DNA of 64,000 nt, from assembly GCA_963722255.1 (NCBI GenBank), contig CAVRJO010000001.1:320001-384000 (forward strand). Reading direction: 5' to 3'. Under the pieces are notes generated by a model. The model ran no database searches, had not been told where the DNA came from, and saw only the letters and a list, made by a program, of their open reading frames with translations. Made by a program: the position numbers and the translations under genes. Positions 44,129-53,656 of the stretch are shown here, piece after piece (within the stretch, counting starts at the first letter, position 1; the number at the start of each line of letters is the position of its first letter). The stretch is from Candidatus Babeliales bacterium. GTDB taxonomy: Bacteria > Babelota > Babeliae > Babelales > JANWKD01.

Positions 44129-45578
44129 TGTCAACGCAACGTGAAAAGTTCCGGTATTTAGCAAAGTAAAAAGTTCCTAACATTAAAGCGCCTCCACGGC
44201 CGGCGCGACCGGCTTCAACCTACTCTCACTAGGGGGCAACCCGCCTGCCCAACGTTGGCTATTTTTTGAAGGCTTTCTTGGTATACAGTCAGATATTTTT
44301 TTCTCCTGAATTTGGGGGGTTGGTCGTTGGTAGATTTCGCTAAAAGAAAGTTCTGTTTTTCGAATCCACAGTTTTATGGTTCCATTTAAATGTACTTTAA
44401 CAACAATGGTATTTTTTGGAAAAATGATTGTTTTTTGCTGATCGCTTAATTGAAAAATCTGTTTTTGGTAGGTAATAGTAAAATCATTCGTAAGAATACG
44501 AGTCTCTTGTGTGCTAAATATATCGTTTAAATCAAATGATTGAGCGCTAGCATGGGCATCGCCTTCTTGGGCAGCAGGAACTTGAAATGCAGCATTATGC
44601 TTTGCAATATAATTGCTTGTTCGCAGATAATTATTTGCTTGATCTATTGATGATATCCCAGCAAGTCTCATTTCCTTAATAAGGCGATCTTGAAGGGTTT
44701 GATTGCAACGTTCAACGCGGCCCTTTGCCTGAGGACTATTGGCATGTATAACATCAATTCCCAAATCTTTACAAGCGCGCTCCCATTGGGTCTTTTTAAT
44801 ATTTTCTTGATTACTCAAATTAACATGGAAAACAGAACCGTGGTCAGTATAAAAAGTTTGAGGAATCCCATATTTTTCAACGTAATTTTTAGTTGCGGTC
44901 ATTAAAGCATGCATCGATTCAGAAGGGGCAAACTCAAGCCAAAGGATTTGGCCAGTAGCATCGTCAATAAAAACAAGTAAGGTACATACCCCAGCACGCC
45001 CTTCAAACCAGTCATGTGGAGAGCCATCAAGCTGAATCATTATGCCAAACATACGCCTTCTTTCTCGTCGCTTGCGATGCTTGCTGCGCTGTTTTTTAGG
45101 TTGCCATATTCCTGCCTTAATCATGACCTTTCTAACAGCTTCTCGACTTATCTTTATTCCATGCAACTCTTTAAGTTTTTCAGCCGCAAAGGTTGGCCCA
45201 AAGCCTTGCCAATCGCTTTCTAACAATGAGATTAACAATCGTTCTTCTCCTTGATCCCATCTATTTGGGCTTTCTTTTCCCCTATTGCCATGTACAAGGC
45301 CAAAGTCGTCAGATTCACAATATCTTCCATATTTTTCTCTGACCCACCGCTCTGTAAATCTCAGACGGGCTGCAGCCTCTGCCTGTGTCATTTTTCCTTC
45401 TTTAACCTGAACAAACACTTTTGCCTGTTCTCGTTCTTTGCGATTCATGGTAATATATTCCATATAAGTTCCGTTGCATTTTTAGAGTTTTTCTTTTTGT
45501 TTACAAGATTAAGTTTACCCTAAAAACCGGAACTTTTTACTTTGCGCTATAATAGGAACTTATCACTTTGCGCTAACA
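44129..45578 (-). mobile_element. Insertion sequence, IS1202 family (formerly ISNCY), intact
   Basis: TGT...ACA ends, imperfect IRs with repeated GCAAAGTAAAAAGTTCC submotifs, perfect 17-bp direct repeat AAATCTTAATTGATTTC at 44112-44128 and 45579-45595. Confidence 0.9.
44183..45463 (-). CDS. DDE transposase (IS1202/ISNCY type)
   Basis: HTH, QLDGSPHDWFE, FIDDAT, YTDHGS, SPQAKGRVER..TLQDRL. Confidence 0.93.
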   Translation of the reverse strand: MEYITMNRKEREQAKVFVQVKEGKMTQAEAAARLRFTERWVREKYGRYCESDDFGLVHGNRGKESPNRWDQGEERLLISLLESDWQGFGPTFAAEKLKELHGIKISREAVRKVMIKAGIWQPKKQRSKHRKRRERRRMFGIMIQLDGSPHDWFEGRAGVCTLLVFIDDATGQILWLEFAPSESMHALMTATKNYVEKYGIPQTFYTDHGSVFHVNLSNQENIKKTQWERACKDLGIDVIHANSPQAKGRVERCNQTLQDRLIKEMRLAGISSIDQANNYLRTSNYIAKHNAAFQVPAAQEGDAHASAQSFDLNDIFSTQETRILTNDFTITYQKQIFQLSDQQKTIIFPKNTIVVKVHLNGTIKLWIRKTELSFSEIYQRPTPQIQEKKISDCIPRKPSKNSQRWAGGLPPSESRLKPVAPAVEAL

Positions 45579-45644
45579 AAATCTTAATTGATTTCTAGTT
45601 TGAATACGTCATTTATGGTATCCTATATTATATAACTATAAAGG

Positions 45645-46739
45645 ATGTTAATGCTTGTTGATGAACTAAAAGAAAAACTGAAATCTATAGAACCAGATCT
45701 TGCCGTTATTAAAGAATATTGGAATAACTCAGGCTCAGAAGCTGAATTTGAGCGGCTAAGCGCAATAAGTAACCAAGAGAATTTTTGGCAAAATCCGAAT
45801 CAAACTGAGATTCTTAAAGAACTCCAAGCAATTAAAACACAACGAGAACAGTATCTTTCCACGTTAACCACCTATCAAGAACTGCAAGAACTTATCGATC
45901 TTTTTGCTCAAGATGAAACAGAATTGCAAAAGATGAGCAGTGATGTTTTCGATTTTTGTCGCAACCTAAAGAAGTTTAAGATTGAAATGCTCATGAGCGA
46001 CCCACAAGATAATGCAAACTGCTTCATGACAATCAATTCAGGCGCTGGCGGAACAGAATCACAAGATTGGGCCGAAATACTTCTGCGTATGTATGTACGT
46101 TTTTGCGAGCGAGAAAAACTTACTGCAACTATTCTTGATTATCAAACTGGTGAAGGTGCCGGAATAAAATCAGCGACCCTTTTTATCAAAGGAAAAAAAG
46201 CTTACGGTCTTTTAAAAGGCGAACAAGGCGTACATCGTCTCGTGCGCATTTCTCCTTTTGATGCTAACAAACGTCGCCACACCTCATTTGCAGCAGTAAG
46301 CGTTACTCCTGAAGTTCCTGAAGTAGCTATTACTATCGATCCTAGTGACTTACGAATTGACACCTATCGTGCTGGCGGAGCTGGAGGACAACATGTTAAT
46401 AAAACAGATTCTGCTGTCCGTATAACACATATTCCAACTAATACCGTGACGCAATGTCAAAGCGAACGTTCTCAATTGCAAAACAAAGAAACCGCTATGA
46501 AAATGCTCATGGCAAAACTTGTGCAAAAACAAAAAGAAGAAGAACTCGCTAAAGCTGCTTCAGTGCAAAAACAGAAAATTGAATGGGGTTCACAAATTCG
46601 TTCCTATGTTCTGCATCCATATAAGATGGTAAAAGATCATAGAACTGATGTTGAATCACAACAACCGGACCTTGTTCTTGATGGCGAACTTATGCCATTT
46701 ATAGAAGCTAATTTAATTTTAGAAGGCTCCAAAGCATAA
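45645..46739 (+). CDS. prfB: Peptide chain release factor 2 (continuous frame)
   Basis: GAGGTESQDW, ISPF, GGQHVN, WGSQIRSYV. Confidence 0.96.
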   Translation: MLMLVDELKEKLKSIEPDLAVIKEYWNNSGSEAEFERLSAISNQENFWQNPNQTEILKELQAIKTQREQYLSTLTTYQELQELIDLFAQDETELQKMSSDVFDFCRNLKKFKIEMLMSDPQDNANCFMTINSGAGGTESQDWAEILLRMYVRFCEREKLTATILDYQTGEGAGIKSATLFIKGKKAYGLLKGEQGVHRLVRISPFDANKRRHTSFAAVSVTPEVPEVAITIDPSDLRIDTYRAGGAGGQHVNKTDSAVRITHIPTNTVTQCQSERSQLQNKETAMKMLMAKLVQKQKEEELAKAASVQKQKIEWGSQIRSYVLHPYKMVKDHRTDVESQQPDLVLDGELMPFIEANLILEGSKA

Positions 46740-46757
46740 ATTTTTGGCTTAAACAGC

Positions 46758-46986
46758 AATAACTTTGGTATCAAAGCAGGAACAAAAATCGGATTTAAAG
46801 CCAACACCATTATTCTTTCAACAGATTCTCATGGTTCAGCTAAACTACTACTTCGTTCGAGATTAGAAAATAATCAGATCGGTATACGTCATGGATAGTA
46901 GCATCTTTCCAACTTCTGTAGGCGCAAATCCAATGCAATCAATTTACACATTTGCTAAATTATTTGTTGATAAAATTTTGATATAA
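46758..46986 (+). pseudogene. Internally deleted remnant of a GMC oxidoreductase paralog
   Basis: Translates to NNFGIKAGTK..ANTIILS..GSAKLLLRSRLENNQIG joined to MDSSIFPTSVGANPMQSIYTFAKLFVD, both matching parts of 51513..53636. Confidence 0.8.
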
Positions 46987-46989
46987 TTT

Positions 46990-48951
46990 TTACTTATTTT
47001 GTTGCAAATACTCTTTGGTTTTAAATTTTTTAAAAGGGCGTTTTTCTTTTCTCTTTTTTTGACCTTCTTCTTCGCGTTCTTTGCGTTTTTCTTTTAAAAC
47101 TTTTATAGGAGACTGTTTTTTTGGTTTATATGGCAAAGGAAAACCAGCGGCTGAGCCGATCAATTCAATATTTCTGTTATAAAAATATTCGCGAATTTTT
47201 TTTGGCAATGCTAAAAATGCTTCTTTATACCCCTTTGGTATTGCTACAGGCTGATTTTTTTCTTCCCCCATTACAAAATACCTTAACAAAAGTGCACCTT
47301 TTAAAGATAATGTTTGAAGTTTTTTAGGAGCTAAAAAAGAAACTAAAGTTATTATTCCATCTTTATCAAAAGTATTATGTTGCTCGATATATGATATTTT
47401 GCTTCCATCTGGAGAAAAACTTACTGAATAAATATTATGATGATTGCCGCTCATGGATTTTACTAACTTACCACTATGCATATCCCAAATTTTTACATCT
47501 CTATTACTTATAATTAATCGAGGTGGCCAACCCTTACGTTCTAACGGTTTTGAGTCACTAAATCCTGAAATAAGAAAGTTACCTTTAGGTGAAAAAGCTA
47601 ATGATGGATAATAAATCCTCCAAGCAAGATTATCACCATCAAGAATCTTTGTTACTTTTTTTTGATTTATATTAACTATTCTTATTTTTCCATCACTCCA
47701 TGCTGAAGCACAATAGTTGTTGTCTGGCGAAAAAACTACAAATTTTATTGATACATCCTGCTCGTCAATCTTTATAAAATCATTTTCTTGTAGATCCCAA
47801 ATTAATAACTTTTTATCATCTTCATAAGCACAAAAACGTGAATTTGCTGATAATGAAATAGTATTAATGTTTCGACCGTTAATTGTATGTTTTATTTCAT
47901 ATGTCTGAGCATCTATAATAAAACCTGTATCATATAAGCCAATGGCAATTAATCGATCATCCGGAGAAAAACAAATCGAACGAACAGTCCTTCTCTTTTG
48001 GTCACTTATTTCTTTTACAAGTGAACCATTATTAATATCATAAATACATACTTTCCCATCTACTAAACCAATAATTAGAAACTTCCCCGATGATGATATT
48101 TTCATAGGAAAACTATACTCAGGCGGCCAAGATCCATCAAATTTAGTCTCAAATTCATTTAATTGCTTAAGCTGCTCCAAGTCATGGACTATTACAGAAC
48201 TTCCTTGATAACTAATAATTTCTTTAAAAGTTCCTACTAACCATTTTTTGCCTGCTACACAAGTACTAAAAACAGGAAATCTAATAGGTATTTTTTCTTC
48301 TGTTACAGAAGAATCACCAAACCTTATTAGCAAACCATACATTTCAGAAATTTTATTAATTTCAGGAACAATCTTTTGCTCTATTTCTGGAATATTTATC
48401 ATTCGACCTAATCGAAAAAAAATATCCCATTCATTTTCTACTGCAAGCCTATTAAGTACTTTTTGAAGATCTTTACTACTAACTTTTAAGAGACCTTCAT
48501 GTCCAATAAAATTTGCAATAATCATTAGATCAATAAGATTGCTAAGATTTTTTGGATACCATTGTTCAACTAAATAGTGTACTGTTTTTTTTACTGAGTC
48601 ATAGTGCAATAATGTCTTTGCAACAGCTTCAAGGGCTTTCAATTGGTCAATTGTTACTGCAGAAGAAGGAATTTGCACACTTAATTCCTCTCCCTCCTCT
48701 TCTTCCTTAAATTGCAAATTATTCCATATAACTGATGATTCTTGGGCAAATGAATAAGGAACTTGAATTGAATATAAAGGCACACCGCGCTCATCTATTA
48801 GTTCAAGTCTTACAAACTTATTCTCTAATGCCTTAGAGACATCTTCAAAAGCCGCTGGAGGTATTTGTTGAATAACTCTTCGTTCTTCCATTGAATTTAC
48901 AGATGAATTCAACAATAACAAAGATCCTAATAGAAATAACTTCAATATCAT
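46990..48951 (-). CDS. Secreted Skp1/POZ-like + WD40 repeat protein
   Basis: VNS|ME signal; FAQESSVI...LIDLMIIANFIG..LL Skp1-like; FSPD...IWD repeats; basic tail. Confidence 0.8.
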   Translation of the reverse strand: MILKLFLLGSLLLLNSSVNSMEERRVIQQIPPAAFEDVSKALENKFVRLELIDERGVPLYSIQVPYSFAQESSVIWNNLQFKEEEEGEELSVQIPSSAVTIDQLKALEAVAKTLLHYDSVKKTVHYLVEQWYPKNLSNLIDLMIIANFIGHEGLLKVSSKDLQKVLNRLAVENEWDIFFRLGRMINIPEIEQKIVPEINKISEMYGLLIRFGDSSVTEEKIPIRFPVFSTCVAGKKWLVGTFKEIISYQGSSVIVHDLEQLKQLNEFETKFDGSWPPEYSFPMKISSSGKFLIIGLVDGKVCIYDINNGSLVKEISDQKRRTVRSICFSPDDRLIAIGLYDTGFIIDAQTYEIKHTINGRNINTISLSANSRFCAYEDDKKLLIWDLQENDFIKIDEQDVSIKFVVFSPDNNYCASAWSDGKIRIVNINQKKVTKILDGDNLAWRIYYPSLAFSPKGNFLISGFSDSKPLERKGWPPRLIISNRDVKIWDMHSGKLVKSMSGNHHNIYSVSFSPDGSKISYIEQHNTFDKDGIITLVSFLAPKKLQTLSLKGALLLRYFVMGEEKNQPVAIPKGYKEAFLALPKKIREYFYNRNIELIGSAAGFPLPYKPKKQSPIKVLKEKRKEREEEGQKKRKEKRPFKKFKTKEYLQQNK

Positions 48952-48990
48952 TTAAACTACCTCTTCTTTATAATTTCAGGATTACTTGTT

Positions 48991-50958
48991 TTATTGCAAA
49001 TACTCTTCGGTTTTAAATTTTTTAAAAGGGCGTTTTTCTTTTCTCTTTTTTTGAGCTTCTTCTTCACGTTCTTTGCGTTTTTCTTTTAAAAATCTAATCG
49101 GCGATTCTTGGGGTTTTTTATATATAGGATAAATATAGGGAATCGATGCCGGCGATTCACCCAGTTCTATATTTCTCTCGTGAAAAAACCTTCGAATTTT
49201 TTTAGGTAATTGATTAAATACTTCAAAATAACCTCTTGGTATTTTTAATGGTTGATTGTTCTCTGATTGCTCAGCAAAATACCAAAGTAATAAGGATGAT
49301 TGCAAAGTAAACTCTTCAAAGTTTTTAGGGGAAACTTTCATTATATACAAATTTCCCTGATTATATATCGAGCCTTCCCCAATATAAGCCAAATTTTTTC
49401 CATCAGGAGAAAAACTCACTTCATAAATATTTCGATCAGCACCTTGGATAGGAATAGTTCTTGCAAGAGATCTATTTTGAATATCCCAAATTTTCACCTC
49501 TCGTTCAAAGGGTATAATTGTAGGATTGTCTAAAGGCAAATAACTAAATCCCCTTGCCAATAATTTACTGTCCGGTGAAAATGCTAATGATACATAGCTA
49601 AGATGAAAATGTTTATCTTCGGCCAGCTCCACTTCAATAATAAATTTACTCTTCATATGTAAAATTTTTACTTCTCCATTAGCCAGTGCATAAATTAAAT
49701 AGTTATTGTCTGGTGAAAACAATAATGATTTAACTTCATAATAACGAGGACTATGTCTTTGTGAACCAACCTTGATTTTTTTGAACAAATTATCATTCTT
49801 TAAATCCCAAATTTTAACATTGCCTGCAGAACTTTCATAAAAACTATTAAATGCGATATATCTTGTATCCACAGAGAATGCAAGAGCTTGAGCATAAGTC
49901 TCGGCAAATTCTTTTTTCGTTTCAAAAGTAAGGGCATCTACTATAAGAACTCGATTATCCAAACAAATTCCAATATCCAGATCATCAGCAGAAAAATACA
50001 AAGATCTAATAGGACTTGGAAGCTGCAGCTCCTTAAATAACTCACCAGTTGAAATGCTATAAACTAACAACCTATAACCTGAAGCTATTGCTAAGTATTT
50101 TCCTGAATGAGAAATCTTAAAAGGCAAACGATAATCAGGAGGATTAACCCCATCAAAACGAATCGGGAATTCATTAATTGTTTTTTGTGTTTGCAAATCT
50201 ACAATTTTTGCAAAATAGTTTCGAAATCCGTGTCGTTCCAAAGATTCCATCGTCCCAGCTAACCATTGTGCTCCTGAGCACAAAGTACTAAACATTGGCA
50301 TGTGTATGGAAATCTTTTTAACTGATGAATACAGTTTTTCTGCTAATGCAATCAAAATCTGATTTTTAATTATCTTATTTTTTAATCTATCCTGCACATC
50401 CAAAATTTTAATCATCGCTGGGATCTGAAAAAAAAGTTCAAATTTTTGTTCATCAAGCATTTTTTTCAAATACCGAGTAAACTCTTCTAAACCCATATCA
50501 AATAATCGTTCATTTCCAATGAAATTTGAAACATATATAAGATCTATCAACATTCTTATATTATTTGGATACCATTGCTGTACCAAATACTGTACCGTTT
50601 GTTTTAGATTTTTACGCAAATAATTTTCATGAACAAAGCTTCGAAGCGCTTTAAGCTGTTCTAATGTTACGACTGAAGAATCAAATTGCACCGTAGGCTC
50701 TTTGCCTTCTTCCTCTTCCTGAAATTGTAATAAGTTCTTAATGACTGAAGATTCTTGTGCAAATGAATAGGGCACTCGAATTGAATAAAGAAGCTTTTCA
50801 TTTTCAACCAACTCGAGAATAACATATTTGTCTTCCTTTTCTATTTCAGATTCCGGAACTAAAAAAGGCATTGGCCGAGATCCTTTTTGTTCTTCCATTG
50901 CCATAAGAAATACATTCAAAAATAACAAAGACCCGCACAACAATAATTTCAGATTCAT
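48991..50958 (-). CDS. Secreted Skp1/POZ-like + WD40 repeat protein (tandem paralog)
   Basis: LMA|ME signal; FAQESSVIKNLL...LIDLIYVSNFIG..LF; FSPD...VKIWD repeats; same basic tail. Confidence 0.8.
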   Translation of the reverse strand: MNLKLLLCGSLLFLNVFLMAMEEQKGSRPMPFLVPESEIEKEDKYVILELVENEKLLYSIRVPYSFAQESSVIKNLLQFQEEEEGKEPTVQFDSSVVTLEQLKALRSFVHENYLRKNLKQTVQYLVQQWYPNNIRMLIDLIYVSNFIGNERLFDMGLEEFTRYLKKMLDEQKFELFFQIPAMIKILDVQDRLKNKIIKNQILIALAEKLYSSVKKISIHMPMFSTLCSGAQWLAGTMESLERHGFRNYFAKIVDLQTQKTINEFPIRFDGVNPPDYRLPFKISHSGKYLAIASGYRLLVYSISTGELFKELQLPSPIRSLYFSADDLDIGICLDNRVLIVDALTFETKKEFAETYAQALAFSVDTRYIAFNSFYESSAGNVKIWDLKNDNLFKKIKVGSQRHSPRYYEVKSLLFSPDNNYLIYALANGEVKILHMKSKFIIEVELAEDKHFHLSYVSLAFSPDSKLLARGFSYLPLDNPTIIPFEREVKIWDIQNRSLARTIPIQGADRNIYEVSFSPDGKNLAYIGEGSIYNQGNLYIMKVSPKNFEEFTLQSSLLLWYFAEQSENNQPLKIPRGYFEVFNQLPKKIRRFFHERNIELGESPASIPYIYPIYKKPQESPIRFLKEKRKEREEEAQKKRKEKRPFKKFKTEEYLQ

Positions 50959-51068
50959 AAAGATCCTCTGACTTAAAAGCATGAATAAATTCTGTTTCAG
51001 TATACCTATTTGTAGATATCAAAAACAATGATAAGCAGCTAAATTAATAAAAAGATTTTATTAATTTA

Positions 51069-51347
51069 ATGTGAATTCGACGTAAGCAAAAACTAAAAAA
51101 AGAATATTATTCAACGACGGGAATGTCACCCAGAGGTCCTTCATGCAATGAAGCCCGTGGGGTCCAGCTATGAAAAAAAGGTCAAAATAATTAATAATGA
51201 AAAATTTATAAACTGGATTCCACGCCCTGGAGGGCTCTGAATGACATATCTTTATCATTTTCTTAGGCGTATTTTTCTTCGTATCAATATCATTATTTAG
51301 TCTTGTATAAAGCGCTAAATTACTCACCGTTTAGATCGAATTCACGT
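51069..51347. mobile_element. Non-autonomous MITE-like element with internal REP-like palindromes
   Basis: Terminal IR ATGTGAATTCGA/TCGAATTCACGT, flanking 7-bp direct repeat TAATTTA, no transposase. Confidence 0.6.
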
Positions 51348-51512
51348 TAATTTATTTTAAATACAGCTTAATTTTTTTCCAATTTTATGCTTCCGATTTA
51401 TTGAAATCATCTATCCGGAAATATCATATTTTCTTTAAAGCAGTTGGTTTGCAACGCAACTTTATTGTAGATTCACTCTAGAATTAAAAAACTAAATGTA
51501 AGGGAAATCTTA

Positions 51513-53636
51513 ATGAAACAGCTTTATATCATACTATTCATAATTTTTTTTCAAATCACACCTCAATCATTTTCCAAGCATATTCCCAATAAGAAAAACC
51601 TTAAAGCGGTGCACCAGGCTCTTTTTAATCTTTTTCTACCTTTGGAACATTCATTTAATGAAATCGAACTGGAAGAAAGAAACAATTCATATGAAACTAG
51701 TTGGAAAGGGATCAAACAAGATACAAAGCTTCAATCATTGCTTCAAAACCTAACTCCTGAAGGAATGCAATTCCCACAAGATATCAAACTCATGTTTCCA
51801 TCAATTTTTAAATATGGATTTGCTCAAGCAACAGCGCAAGAACAAGAAGAGTTTCTTTTAGCTTTGCGAAGACATCACGATAATGCTCTTCGTTTGTATG
51901 CTGCTACTTTACGCACTGTGTATATTTTTATGATCTATTCTGATTTATTATGCGATCAGCTTTCAAGCATAACGCTTACCTGCCAACCACCAAATCATGT
52001 CGATCTCCATCTTCCTGCAAGCCAACTACATATTGAAAATCAAACAGTTGTTCATAATAATGGGCCAATCGATTATCTCATTATAGGAAGCGGTCCTGCC
52101 GGATGTTTAGTAGCACATGAACTTGCTCGTCTTAAAAAGAATTCTACTATTGTTATCCTCGAAGCCGGTTCTTTTGTCAAACCTCAATCAATTATCACCG
52201 AACTATCAAATGAACTCATGGAATCTCATAATCAACGATCAAACATAACAGGTGGCATCGTATTTCGAAATGGATGGACTGTCGGTGGAGGAACGGCAGT
52301 AAACATTGATTTAGCATTTTCGCCCTTATTGCCAAATATAGCAGATACCATAAACAGATGGATAGATAATAACTGGGTCGCTAGAGAGCTCTTTCATAAA
52401 ACCGATGAAACTGATTGGCAGTATCTAAAAGAGACCTATCAATGGATTACTGAAACTATTAAAACCCGCGAAGTTCATGAGAGTGAAGTAAACAATAACA
52501 ACAAAATTCTATTACAAGCCGATGACTGCGCTATGACTTATAGCCTTAACGAAAAAGTGCCTACAGGAAAACCCGGTGAAATTTTAAAAATATCGGCAGT
52601 TGATGCTTTCTTGCTTCCGGCATTGCTTGGTGGAGAACCATTTCAAAGCAATGTTTCTCTTATTCCTGATGCAAAGGTCACGCAGATTCTTTTTAATGAT
52701 CTTCATGATAATCGCATTGCATATGGAGCAGAACTGGTTATCCAAAAGCCAGTTGACAAACCATATATCTTAAAGGATCCCAATAATTTTGAACTTCAGC
52801 CCGGCACTAAACTTTCCGTCTTTGCAAATAACATTATTATCTGCGCTGGAACGCTTGGTTCAGCTGAAATTTTGTTACGGTCAAATCTTGATAATGATGC
52901 TATAGGCAAGGGGATTATTATTCATCCATCAATTGGACTACTTGGAAAATTTAATCATCCCATTAATGTCCTAGACGGACTTTCTGCCTCTGTGTATGCT
53001 CCTTCACATATCAGGAGTGATGAATATTTTTATGAAGCAATGTCTGCATTACCACGGTTTATAGCAGCGCTTCACCCCGGTTCAGGTAAACAGATTATTA
53101 GCATCCTGCGCGATTTCAATTATTTAGGAGGATTTGGCATAATGCTGATTGATGAAGTCTTTAAAAATAATAGAATATTTATTAATCCAGAAACAGATGC
53201 CCTTGAAATTGACTATCAACTTACTCAGAATGATATAGAACGTTTACGCAAAGCATTAAAAATTGCGCTTGAAATGCTTTTTGAACAAGGCGCACAAGAA
53301 ATTTTTTTACCCACCAGCGAACCGATTCTTTCAGATGAATTATACTATATACCTATAACCGATAAAAGCCAAATCAATACCGTTATTGAAAATTGGCATT
53401 GCGTAGAAAATCAAAATTTTGTCAGCTCAGCACATATGCAAAGTAGCACTAAAATGGGCCCTAACCCGAGAGATTCGGTTATCTCTCATAATTTTCGTGT
53501 GTGGAACCCTAAAAACAATACCGAAATACCCAATTTATATTGTGTGGATAGCAGCATATTTCCAACTTCAATTGGTGCAAATCCAATGCAATCAATTTAC
53601 ACGTTTGCAAAGCTTTTTGTTGATGCTATTTTGTAG
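51513..53636 (+). CDS. GMC-family FAD oxidoreductase, exported
   Basis: DYLIIGSGPAG, LEAG, VGGGTAVN, DSSIFPTSIGANP. Confidence 0.9.
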   Translation: MKQLYIILFIIFFQITPQSFSKHIPNKKNLKAVHQALFNLFLPLEHSFNEIELEERNNSYETSWKGIKQDTKLQSLLQNLTPEGMQFPQDIKLMFPSIFKYGFAQATAQEQEEFLLALRRHHDNALRLYAATLRTVYIFMIYSDLLCDQLSSITLTCQPPNHVDLHLPASQLHIENQTVVHNNGPIDYLIIGSGPAGCLVAHELARLKKNSTIVILEAGSFVKPQSIITELSNELMESHNQRSNITGGIVFRNGWTVGGGTAVNIDLAFSPLLPNIADTINRWIDNNWVARELFHKTDETDWQYLKETYQWITETIKTREVHESEVNNNNKILLQADDCAMTYSLNEKVPTGKPGEILKISAVDAFLLPALLGGEPFQSNVSLIPDAKVTQILFNDLHDNRIAYGAELVIQKPVDKPYILKDPNNFELQPGTKLSVFANNIIICAGTLGSAEILLRSNLDNDAIGKGIIIHPSIGLLGKFNHPINVLDGLSASVYAPSHIRSDEYFYEAMSALPRFIAALHPGSGKQIISILRDFNYLGGFGIMLIDEVFKNNRIFINPETDALEIDYQLTQNDIERLRKALKIALEMLFEQGAQEIFLPTSEPILSDELYYIPITDKSQINTVIENWHCVENQNFVSSAHMQSSTKMGPNPRDSVISHNFRVWNPKNNTEIPNLYCVDSSIFPTSIGANPMQSIYTFAKLFVDAIL

Positions 53637-53656
53637 GATGCTCAAAAACAGATTGA

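Noticed and set aside
46885..46986. Possible DGR template/variable repeat pair with 53540-53636 (also the WD40 3' repeats)
   Set aside because: Mismatches are not adenine-specific, the GMC ones are mostly synonymous, and no reverse transcriptase is present in the window.
51061..51327. 88-aa ORF
   Set aside because: Lies wholly within the MITE-like element; no protein features.
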